Origin: Telmatocola sphagniphila
GTDB lineage: Bacteria > Planctomycetota > Planctomycetia > Gemmatales > Gemmataceae
DNA: 32,000 bases
NCBI RefSeq assembly: GCF_018398935.1
Contig: NZ_CP074694.1
Coordinates: forward strand, 5,430,001 to 5,462,000
Reading direction: 5' to 3'
Positions 14,893 to 22,879 of this stretch are shown one piece after another. The notes beneath the pieces are model-generated. The model was given only the letters and a program-made list of their open reading frames with translations, did not search any database and was not told the origin of the DNA. Position numbers and translations under genes: made by a program. How positions within the stretch are numbered: position 1 is the first letter of the stretch; each line of letters opens with the position of its first letter.

Positions 14893-16321
14893 AGGTTCCT
14901 TCCTCCTGAACGATCAACAACGGGAACAGAATCTGAAAGCGACTTCCCTGTCCGGGCGTGCTAGTGACCGACAACTGAGCGCCCATCGTTTTCGCAAGGC
15001 GTTGAGCGACGGCCAGTCCGAGCCCGACGCCGGGCAGACCGGCATTCCGGCTCTCTTCGGAGCGGTAAAACGGTTCGAAAATTCTGGACAGATCGTGGGC
15101 GGCGATCCCAGGCCCACGGTCGATGACGGCAATCGTCGCGGCTGAGTCGCTCGCCGCCACTTCCAGACGAATCGGAAATTCCAGCGGGGAATGTTTATTG
15201 GCGTTGTCGATCAGGTTGCCCAGCAACTGGCCCAAAAGACCGGCATGGGCCGAGACCACGACCGACTTCTCGTCGCGGAACGATAATTCCAATTTTCGTT
15301 GCGAGTAATGTTCCCGGGTCTCCTCGAGAAAAACCGGCAGCCAGACGGCGAGGTCGATCTCTGACATCATGATCGCCTGCTTCTCCGAGTCGGAACGAGC
15401 CAGAAATAACAGCATCTCCGTAATCGATTGCAGATTTTCCACTTTCTGGCCGAGCAGACGCAGGACGCGCTGATACTCTTCCACGGGGCGCTCGCGGCGC
15501 AGGGCGACATCAATCGAACCTTTCAGCACGGTTAACGGCGTGCGTAACTGATGCGAAGCTTCGCCGGCAAATTGCTTCTGGCGTTCATAGGCATCGTGCA
15601 CCCGGCTCAAAAGATCGTTGAAGCTCGTACCCAGCTCTTCCAGTTCATCCCGGGTTTGCGGATGCGGCAGGCGATCCGCCAGATCTTCCGTGGAAATTTC
15701 TCGGGCCACCGCGGCCATCCGGCTCAGAGGGCGTAAGGCCCGTCGACAGATCCAGCGGTTCACAAAAAAGGTCGCCAGCCAGACCGACAACGAAATGCCG
15801 CTCAACAGCGACGCGAGATTGCGGAGACTCTCGTGAATGGCATTTTTCGACAGCCCGGCATAGATCATCAGCGAATAGTGATGCCGGCGCGCATCGGCGA
15901 TGGGCGTAGTGGCCGAGATATTTTTCGATTGCAGGTGACGACCGGTCAAAATTCGATCCGCTCGTTCCAACTCGGTCAAATCCTGCCCGTTCCAGGTCAG
16001 CCGATTTCGATCTTTTCGCATTTGCTCTGCGCTGGGCAGATCGGAAGAATCGACGAGAGCGTCGTTCTCATCCCAGATGGCCCAATGGATCTGCTCGCCA
16101 TCAGCGAAGAAATGCAGATCGTGCGCGGCCCGATCCCATTCCAGTCCTTCCGGTTCATCTTCCACTGCGGCGGCCAGCGTATTGATGGCGGCCGAGAGCC
16201 GTTCGCTCGCATGGGAAAATTCGTGGTTCTGCTTGAGAAAATAAAGCAGTAAAGAAAAGCCGATCAGAATCAGCGCCAGGGTGATTTGAAAGAAAACCGA
16301 AACGCGGTTGGTGATGGTCAT
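14864..16321 (-). CDS. Sensor histidine kinase (two TM helices, periplasmic loop, HAMP, HisKA, HATPase_c)
   Basis: H-box 'FAGEASHQLRTPLTVL', N-box 'LLGNLIDNANKHS', G-boxes 'VIDRGPGI' and 'GVGLGLAVAQRLA'. TM segments 'VFFQITLALILIGFSLLLYFL' and 'LLSGISLSVWLATFFV'. Confidence 0.92.
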   Translation of the reverse strand: MTITNRVSVFFQITLALILIGFSLLLYFLKQNHEFSHASERLSAAINTLAAAVEDEPEGLEWDRAAHDLHFFADGEQIHWAIWDENDALVDSSDLPSAEQMRKDRNRLTWNGQDLTELERADRILTGRHLQSKNISATTPIADARRHHYSLMIYAGLSKNAIHESLRNLASLLSGISLSVWLATFFVNRWICRRALRPLSRMAAVAREISTEDLADRLPHPQTRDELEELGTSFNDLLSRVHDAYERQKQFAGEASHQLRTPLTVLKGSIDVALRRERPVEEYQRVLRLLGQKVENLQSITEMLLFLARSDSEKQAIMMSEIDLAVWLPVFLEETREHYSQRKLELSFRDEKSVVVSAHAGLLGQLLGNLIDNANKHSPLEFPIRLEVAASDSAATIAVIDRGPGIAAHDLSRIFEPFYRSEESRNAGLPGVGLGLAVAQRLAKTMGAQLSVTSTPGQGSRFQILFPLLIVQEEGTCDPVISQEV

Positions 16322-16324
16322 GCT

Positions 16325-17005
16325 CTAGCCCCCGGAATCCGCTTTTCCGAGGTAGTAGCCGCGGCCGCGTACGGTGAAGAGAATGCGCGGACCGTGCGCT
16401 TCCAGCTTGCGACGCAGTTCAGCGATGTGGACTTCCAGCGAGTTCGAAACGCCGTCGTAGCGGTCGTCCCAGACTTGTTCGTAGATTCGGGTGCGTGTCA
16501 ACACTTCGCCGACATGCCGGAGGAAATAAGCGAGCAGGGAATATTCCTTGGTCGTCAGCACCAACCGTTTCCCCGCCCGTTCGGCGTAGTGGGTGCGCGG
16601 ATCGAGCGTTAAATCTTCGAACTGCAGGACCGGTTTGGCCTGCCGTTCGTGGCGTCGGCTCAGGGCCAGGACACGGGCCAGCAATTCTTCGAAGGAAAAG
16701 GGCTTGCAAAGGTAATCGTCGGCCCCCTGATTTAGACCGGTCACCCGGTCGGCCACGGTGTCGCGGGCCGTCAGGAACAGAATCGGAGTGGTACCACTTT
16801 CTTCGCGGTAGTTTTTGAGAATCTCCAGCCCGGTCATCTTGGGAAGAGCCCAGTCGAGGATCACGACATCCCATTTTTCGTGGCGCAGCCGGTACCAGCC
16901 TTCGGCTCCGTCGGGAGCATGCTCCACGACGAAGCCTTCATCGCGCAGGCCGATTTGCAGAAACTCTGCAATCCCCGGATCGTCTTCCACGATCAGTATT
17001 CGCAT
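16325..17005 (-). CDS. OmpR/PhoB-family response regulator
   Basis: Receiver domain 'MRILIVEDDPGIAEFL...DVVILDWALPKMTG'. Winged-helix output 'LTTKEYSLLAYFLRHVGEVLTRTRIYEQVW...LEVHIAELRRKL'. 3-nt gap to the kinase start. Confidence 0.95.
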   Translation of the reverse strand: MRILIVEDDPGIAEFLQIGLRDEGFVVEHAPDGAEGWYRLRHEKWDVVILDWALPKMTGLEILKNYREESGTTPILFLTARDTVADRVTGLNQGADDYLCKPFSFEELLARVLALSRRHERQAKPVLQFEDLTLDPRTHYAERAGKRLVLTTKEYSLLAYFLRHVGEVLTRTRIYEQVWDDRYDGVSNSLEVHIAELRRKLEAHGPRILFTVRGRGYYLGKADSGG

Positions 17006-17034
17006 GGCCTCGCTCTCACCCGGAGTGGGATGGA

Positions 17035-17505
17035 CTACTTTTCTTCTTTGGCTTCGGTAATTTTGCCATCCTTGCCGATGGTCAGTTCCACTTTCTTATC
17101 GCCCTTCTTGACGAGGATTTCGTAAGTGACGGTCTCTCCCTTGGTGACTTCTTCCACTTTGCTGATCGTGTAGCCGTCGTACTTGGCTTTGATGCTGTCC
17201 GAAACAGCTTTCGGGAGATCCTTGGCTTCCATTTCCCGTTCCACGGCTTCGATTTTACCATCGGAGGTCAGGGTCACTTCCAGCTTTTCGCCCTTGAATT
17301 TGATGATCACTTCATAACTGGTCACATTTTTCTCAACTTCCTTGGAAGCTTCCACCAGTTCCGCGCCCTTGTACTTCGCTTTCACCGCTTCCAACACGGC
17401 TTTGGGCAGCTTGTCGAGGGGAATTTTGTCATCGTCGGCCTGCAAGCCTGCGACTTGCAGGAGGATGGCCAGCACGGCTACCAGACTGAGTTTGAATGTA
17501 CGCAT
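17035..17505 (-). CDS. Secreted PepSY-like (beta-lactamase-inhibitor-like) two-repeat protein
   Basis: Start moved to ATG 17505, which has a GGGAGA SD and a signal peptide 'MRTFKLSLVAVLAILLQVAGLQA'. Two repeats, 'LPKAVLEAVKAKYKGAELVEA...YEVIIKF...' and 'LPKAVSDSIKAKYDGYTISKV...YEILVKK...'. Confidence 0.7.
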   Translation of the reverse strand: MRTFKLSLVAVLAILLQVAGLQADDDKIPLDKLPKAVLEAVKAKYKGAELVEASKEVEKNVTSYEVIIKFKGEKLEVTLTSDGKIEAVEREMEAKDLPKAVSDSIKAKYDGYTISKVEEVTKGETVTYEILVKKGDKKVELTIGKDGKITEAKEEK

Positions 17506-17780
17506 CGCGATTCTCCCGATTTCGGTCGCCGGTCTTTTTAATCTCCAGGGCCAGCGACCCTGTAGTAGAAGATATCCGAACCCACTGAAATCTCCGTTAA
17601 CCAAAGATAAGAAATTCTCTTAGGAAGGAACATGCAAATTGCTCTGTAACGCCGGACATTCTTGGTGATTTTACCGATCCCGCTTTCGGAATGGCGGCAG
17701 ATCGTAACGGGTTGAGGCGATAGCGTTTTCTTTTTTTTGCCGACTCTGCTAAGATAATTTCCAGAGTTTGGATGCAGGAT

Positions 17781-17793
17781 CGACAACTTGTCG
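17781..17793. promoter_or_regulatory. Perfect 6-1-6 palindrome CGACAA-C-TTGTCG just upstream of the M50 protease start
   Basis: It shares the core GACAA-N-TTGTC with the dyad AAGACAA-T-TTGTCTT at 31183-31197 in front of the blaI-like gene. It lies 12 nt upstream of ATG 17805. Confidence 0.35.
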
Positions 17794-17804
17794 GGTAGGA
17801 TGAG

Positions 17805-18986
17805 ATGCGGGAACCGATGAATTGGTCGTTACCGCTGTTCCGCGTATTTGGGATCAGTGTCAACGTCCATGTCTTTTACATTGTCATGACGCTCGGCCTG
17901 CTCCTGCGCGCCTGCTCCCAGTCTCCTGATCGCTGGCTCGATTTTCTGCTCGTCTCCGTCGTCATGTTGTTCGTGATCATCCTGATGCACGAATTCGGAC
18001 ACTGCTTCGCCGCCCGTTACGTTAAAGGGGAAGCGGATGAAATTCTGATGTGGCCTCTGGGCGGGCTGGCGTTCTGCCGTCCCCCGATGACCCCGTTGGC
18101 CCATTTCATCACGGCTATCGGCGGGCCGCTGGTAAATTTTGTCTTTTGCTTGATCGCCGGTACCGCATTGCTGATTGGCGGCTTCACCGCGCCGATGAAT
18201 CCCATCCGAACGCTCTCCGCCTACGATCCGCTGCTTTACAACTTCCACGATGGCCGGACTTACACCACGGCCAATGTTCCGGTTCTGGTGCGCAGCGATA
18301 CCGAACGGGAAGTGAACCCCGTGGCCTACAATTTTTACCCGAACGGCAAAATCCAAGTCAAGAACCGGCTGAGTGACCGCGAATGGGTCGACGCGAAATA
18401 TCTGACTACCGAGCCACTGCCAACCTGGGCTTTGTGGACGGCCAGATTCTTCTGGTTAAACCTTTTCCTGTTCTGCTTCAACGTCTTTTTGCCGGCTTTC
18501 CCTCTAGACGGTGGCCGTATTCTGCAAACGATCGTCTGGGGGAGATCGGATTACGAAAAAGGAACGCTCATTGCCTGCTATGCGGGTCAAATCGTGGGCA
18601 TGGCGATGATCATTCTTTCCATCTGGCTGGATTACCCGATCTCGCTCCTGGCGATTTTCATCTGGTACTGCAGCTACATGGAGATGAAGAAGATTTATCA
18701 GCCCGAGGGCGACGGCATCTACGACACCTCCAAGGGCTATCTGGCCTTCGAGGAAGGGGATGTGCCCGTCCGCCGTGCTCCCAAGCAAAGCTTCATTAAG
18801 CGCTGGTTGCAGGCCCGGGCCGCGAAGCGGATTCAACGGGAGATTGAAGAGCAGCAGGCGGATGATGCCCGCATGGATCAGCTTCTGGAAAAACTGCATC
18901 GCGTTGGCGGCCGTACGGGTTTAACCGCTGAGGAAAACCGCTTTTTGGATCGCATGGCCCAACGCCTCCGCAAGAAGGACGAGTAG
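17805..18986 (+). CDS. Site-2 protease family (peptidase M50) intramembrane metalloprotease
   Basis: 'LMHEFGHCFAARY' (HExxH within a TM segment) and 'NVFLPAFPLDGGRIL' (NxxPxxxLDG). Multiple TM helices, no PDZ domain, and a charged C-terminal tail. An alternative start exists at ATG 17817. Confidence 0.87.
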   Translation: MREPMNWSLPLFRVFGISVNVHVFYIVMTLGLLLRACSQSPDRWLDFLLVSVVMLFVIILMHEFGHCFAARYVKGEADEILMWPLGGLAFCRPPMTPLAHFITAIGGPLVNFVFCLIAGTALLIGGFTAPMNPIRTLSAYDPLLYNFHDGRTYTTANVPVLVRSDTEREVNPVAYNFYPNGKIQVKNRLSDREWVDAKYLTTEPLPTWALWTARFFWLNLFLFCFNVFLPAFPLDGGRILQTIVWGRSDYEKGTLIACYAGQIVGMAMIILSIWLDYPISLLAIFIWYCSYMEMKKIYQPEGDGIYDTSKGYLAFEEGDVPVRRAPKQSFIKRWLQARAAKRIQREIEEQQADDARMDQLLEKLHRVGGRTGLTAEENRFLDRMAQRLRKKDE

Positions 18987-19105
18987 TTCGAAGACGGAAG
19001 GTTAATAGTGGAAAGTGGATAAACGCGACTAACAATTTATAGCAATTTAAAAGAATCGACCTCAACAAGCTAGAGATCAATTCAGTCGTAGATTTTAAAT
19101 GAAAT

Positions 19106-19303
19106 CTAGGGCGTAGAATCTCCAGCATGGGGTGATATTGGAACAAATTTCCTCAAGTCTACTAATGGATTGTTGGCAGAAAGTGGTTCTGGTGGAGTGG
19201 AATGCGATTCATTCCAAGAATGCGAAATACTCTCGGCCAGATTTTCGCAGCCAGAACAGAACAAAAATAGCACTGTGGCGAGTCGGGCAAAGATTTTCAC
19301 CAT
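19106..19303 (-). CDS. Small ORF with a signal/lipoprotein-like N-terminus (doubtful)
   Basis: 'MVKIFARLATVLFLFCSGC...' is hydrophobic with a non-canonical lipobox. It lies in an AT-rich intergenic patch and has a weak SD. Confidence 0.25.
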   Translation of the reverse strand: MVKIFARLATVLFLFCSGCENLAESISHSWNESHSTPPEPLSANNPLVDLRKFVPISPHAGDSTP

Positions 19304-19575
19304 ATTAGGCAGCTTCCCCAGTTGGGAAATTAATCGAGTACATGATTAAATTTTCTAGCCATACTGCAAAGTCAGTGAAATAGCGTTCATATGAGAATCA
19401 ATCAAGTCCAACCCGGCTGTCAATAACTTCGCCGTTGCACCACTCAATATCTCCTTCCCCGTCTCATTTTGCCTTCATGATTTTCCAACAGAATTTTTCC
19501 CCGTCCCTCAAAAATTGATCGCAGATATCCCTTCCCTCGGCGACTATATAGCGGAAAGCGACAGGAGGGCTTGGG

Positions 19576-22500
19576 ATGTCGAACATGCGAGTAGGCGCGA
19601 TCGTCCAGCATTTGCGTCAGCTGATGGAAGAGGATCGTTATCGTCAGGCGAGCGACGGCCAGTTGCTGCAGGGGATACTGGTCCTGTCCGATCCCGGGGC
19701 GTTTGAAGAGCTGATTCGCCGTCATGGTCCGATGGTGAGTGCGGTGCTGAATCGTTCGCTGGGGAATATCCAGGATGCCGAGGATGGTTTTCAGGCGACG
19801 TTTTTGATTTTGGCCCGCAAGGCTCATTCCCTTCGACAGCAGTCTTCGCTGGGGAGTTTTCTGCACGGCATCGCCTTGAGAGTCGCCTTGCAGACGCACC
19901 GCGCCCGAATCCGCCGGGAAAAGCACGAGAAGAATGCCGTTCGAGAAATAAGTTCTTCCAGTCCTCCGCAGGACGCGATTCGCAACGAGATAAAGACTCT
20001 CCTGGATGAGGAAATTCAGAAGCTGCCGGAGAAGTATCGAGAGGCTTTCTGTCTTTGCATTTTAGAGCAGAAGACGATAAGCGAAACGGCCGCTCGTCTC
20101 GGGATTAAGGAAGCCACGGTCAGCAGCCGTTTAACTTGGGCCCGGCAGCGACTGGGGCTACGATTGAAGAAGCGCGGCGTCGATTTGAGCGCCCTCCTAG
20201 CCTCCGCAACTTTGGCTGGCTCGGCTTCGGCAACGCTAATTCAATCCACAGTTCAAATCGGTTTAGCCTTTGCCATTCGCAAGGTGGCTCTAAGCAGTGT
20301 GACCTCGGCTTCGGTGGCCGGGCTGGTGCAAGGAGTTACCAAGATGGTTATTCTTCAACGGATTATGTCCGTCAGTGCGGCGGTGGTGTTGCTGGGTGTG
20401 CTGGGCTACGGCGTGCAGGCCGGGCTAAGTTCGGTGCCTGGAAAACCGGAGTCCGACAAAGTACCAGAACCGCTGGTGGTGAATGAGCCCCAGGACGATG
20501 CAAAAGATCAGAAGGTAACTTTGAAGGGCACAGTAAGTCTGCCCAATGGTCAACCCGCGCGGGGAGTGAAGCTGCTTTGCGATCCGAAGGTGGTAACGCT
20601 GGTGAATCCGCAGAAGGAAGGGGCTGCCGAAATCGAGTTGCCCGAAGGGAAGTTTGAAATTCGGGCGGATGCGGGTAGCGGAGAGTTTTTAGTCTTCCGT
20701 CTGTCGAATTATGGATTCATGCATGTGGCGATTAATTCTCTAGATACGACTCAGGAAGCGAAGATTGTAATGCCGAAGGAGGAGATCATCCGCGGGACGG
20801 TGCAATTTGAGAACAACCGTTTTGCCGAGGGTGCAAAGCTGATTCCGGTGCGGATATCGAAGTTCAGCAAGGGGAGAAAGGAGTTTCTGAATTTATTGAT
20901 TCAGTCAAATAACATTCGGGATTCAGAGGATAACACTCAGGGTATCAATCAGACTTTAGACATTTCGAAAAACCCAGAACTTTTGAAGAGTATCGGAGAG
21001 ATCGTCAGCGATTCGCAAGGGAATTTCACAATTCGAGGAATTGCGGAAGATCGAGTTGTCGAGTTTCGGTTAGCAGGCGATAAGATTGTTGAGAAGGAAC
21101 TCAAGATTGTAACGACAAAATATCTGGATGTCGCGAGACTCAATCGCCTGAAATCATTCTATAACCCATTCTTATCCGTGATCGTTGAAACACCTCGTCA
21201 AATTCGCGGACGTATTATGAGTCAAAATAAACATGGATTATCGCATATAGAAGTATCATTATGGAAGGAACAAATTCTAGGTCGGAGTGGCATCAAACCG
21301 GTTTCTACCCCTACAGAATTGATGGTTAGTTCCATTACGGATCGGGATGGAAAGTTTGCTTTAAAAGTACCTGAAGGGCAACCGTCAGAAAATTATTTCC
21401 TCCTACTACGTATGTCGTCTGATTATCCTATTGATCTCGAGTATGGAATTATTCCCACTTGGTCCAAACTGGAGGCTCAAGTGATTCCTCAATACTTCGA
21501 GAAAGAATTGTCGACAACAACTCTCATCGCTGGAAGCGTAAAAGATGAGATTACTGGAAAAAAACTCCCTGGCTTTATCCAGATCGAACCTTTATTTGGC
21601 AGTAAAACGGAAGAAAAAAATGACATTCCTATTCATTTAACGAATCTCCAATTGTCGAATTATATTTCACGCATCGATAACGAAGGGAAATATCGATTGG
21701 CTTTGGAGCCCGGATTGTACCTTCTTACCGCGCACATTCAGTCTAATTCTTCCAATATAGCAGCTTTTGCCCAGCCCTATCCTCTCGCAACACCAGATCC
21801 TCGCTATCCCGATTATTTTACTCAGGAGGCGGAAGGATGGAGTTTTTTTAAAGCCCAAGGGGGTATCGCGAAGCTTCGCGGCCATTTCGCAAAAGTTATA
21901 GAGGTTAAAAAAGATACGAAGAAAATTAATCAAAACATCTTGCTCGAACCTGCGAAAGCAAAAACTCTTTCTTTTCTCGACGAGAATGGACAACCTATTT
22001 CAGGCGTGAAAGCCATCAGTTCTGGTCCAGCACTCCGATATATCGATCCAGACGCTAATAGGGGGACTTTGCGAACATTTGAAATAGATGTAAGCGCCTT
22101 AAGTGTAAAACCCGATCAGGCTCTCGAAGGAAATCGGTGTAAACTCTACAATCTTGGGAAAATTCCGCAAACCGTTATTGCAATACAAACAGAAAAAAAA
22201 TTGGCTGGTATTTTTAAGATATCTGATAAAGACCCCGAGATCATCAACCTAAAGCTGCTGCCATTAACAACGGTCAAGCTTCAGCCGCAATACAATATAG
22301 ACTCCACCAAATATCAACTCGAACCAAATATATCGTTAATCTATACGCATGAACTATTATCTAGTTTTCTATCAAACAAAGATCTTCAGACTCTGATATT
22401 ACCGCCTAGCAAAAAGCAAAATGGTCAGATAATGATTGCAGACGTAATACCCGGAACGGAATTTTTCATTACGATCGCCAAAAAAGATCCGACATATATT

Positions 22501-22815
22501 CTTGCACCATATGTATTCGGAGAATTGGCCGCAGGATCTTTTGGTGGAGCACGAGGTGGACCTGGGGGACCACTCATTGGGCGTAGAAGAGGTCCTACGG
22601 GTGGATTTGGAGGGGGTTTTCGTGAGGACGAAGAAGATCGCGAAAAGAAGAGTTATGGATACGGGCAGTCCCGTTACCTGAGCAAAATGCGAATGGAAAA
22701 CGATAAAACCTCGCCTCCCCTCTTCACCGCCCAACCCGGCAAGACGCTCGATCTCGGCGAGATGAGCTACAACCTCGAGAAGGGCTACTTCGAGCCCGTG
22801 GCCAAGAAGAAGTAA
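19576..22815 (+). CDS. ECF (sigma-70 family) sigma factor fused via one TM helix to a large extracytoplasmic region with carboxypeptidase-regulatory-like repeats
   Basis: Sigma region 2 'RHGPMVSAVLNRSLGNIQDAEDGFQATFLILARKA'. Region 4 HTH 'LPEKYREAFCLCILEQKTISETAARLGIKEATVSSRLTWARQRL'. TM 'IMSVSAAVVLLGVLGYGVQAGL' (about nt 20350-20430). Repeated 'L/I-K/R-G-T/R-V...' transthyretin-like starts: 'LKGTVSLPNGQPARGVKL', 'IRGTVQFENNRFAEGAKL', 'IRGRIMSQNKHGLSHIEV', 'IAGSVKDEITGKKLPGF'. Gly/Arg-rich tail. Confidence 0.8.
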   Translation: MSNMRVGAIVQHLRQLMEEDRYRQASDGQLLQGILVLSDPGAFEELIRRHGPMVSAVLNRSLGNIQDAEDGFQATFLILARKAHSLRQQSSLGSFLHGIALRVALQTHRARIRREKHEKNAVREISSSSPPQDAIRNEIKTLLDEEIQKLPEKYREAFCLCILEQKTISETAARLGIKEATVSSRLTWARQRLGLRLKKRGVDLSALLASATLAGSASATLIQSTVQIGLAFAIRKVALSSVTSASVAGLVQGVTKMVILQRIMSVSAAVVLLGVLGYGVQAGLSSVPGKPESDKVPEPLVVNEPQDDAKDQKVTLKGTVSLPNGQPARGVKLLCDPKVVTLVNPQKEGAAEIELPEGKFEIRADAGSGEFLVFRLSNYGFMHVAINSLDTTQEAKIVMPKEEIIRGTVQFENNRFAEGAKLIPVRISKFSKGRKEFLNLLIQSNNIRDSEDNTQGINQTLDISKNPELLKSIGEIVSDSQGNFTIRGIAEDRVVEFRLAGDKIVEKELKIVTTKYLDVARLNRLKSFYNPFLSVIVETPRQIRGRIMSQNKHGLSHIEVSLWKEQILGRSGIKPVSTPTELMVSSITDRDGKFALKVPEGQPSENYFLLLRMSSDYPIDLEYGIIPTWSKLEAQVIPQYFEKELSTTTLIAGSVKDEITGKKLPGFIQIEPLFGSKTEEKNDIPIHLTNLQLSNYISRIDNEGKYRLALEPGLYLLTAHIQSNSSNIAAFAQPYPLATPDPRYPDYFTQEAEGWSFFKAQGGIAKLRGHFAKVIEVKKDTKKINQNILLEPAKAKTLSFLDENGQPISGVKAISSGPALRYIDPDANRGTLRTFEIDVSALSVKPDQALEGNRCKLYNLGKIPQTVIAIQTEKKLAGIFKISDKDPEIINLKLLPLTTVKLQPQYNIDSTKYQLEPNISLIYTHELLSSFLSNKDLQTLILPPSKKQNGQIMIADVIPGTEFFITIAKKDPTYILAPYVFGELAAGSFGGARGGPGGPLIGRRRGPTGGFGGGFREDEEDREKKSYGYGQSRYLSKMRMENDKTSPPLFTAQPGKTLDLGEMSYNLEKGYFEPVAKKK

Positions 22816-22879
22816 TCCCAGAACGCTGGCTTGTTCGCCCCCCATGCGTAATATGACACTCTTACCCGGAGTGTCTATC

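Noticed and set aside
19444-19926. 160-aa minus-strand ORF overlapping the start of the sigma-fusion gene
   Set aside because: It overlaps sigma region 2, which is clearly encoded on the plus strand. It has no motif or SD of its own.
22193-22200. A8 homopolymer inside the sigma-fusion ORF as a phase-variation tract
   Set aside because: Eight A's in a locally ~30% GC segment is not unexpected. There is no evidence of frameshifted alternative ORFs around it.
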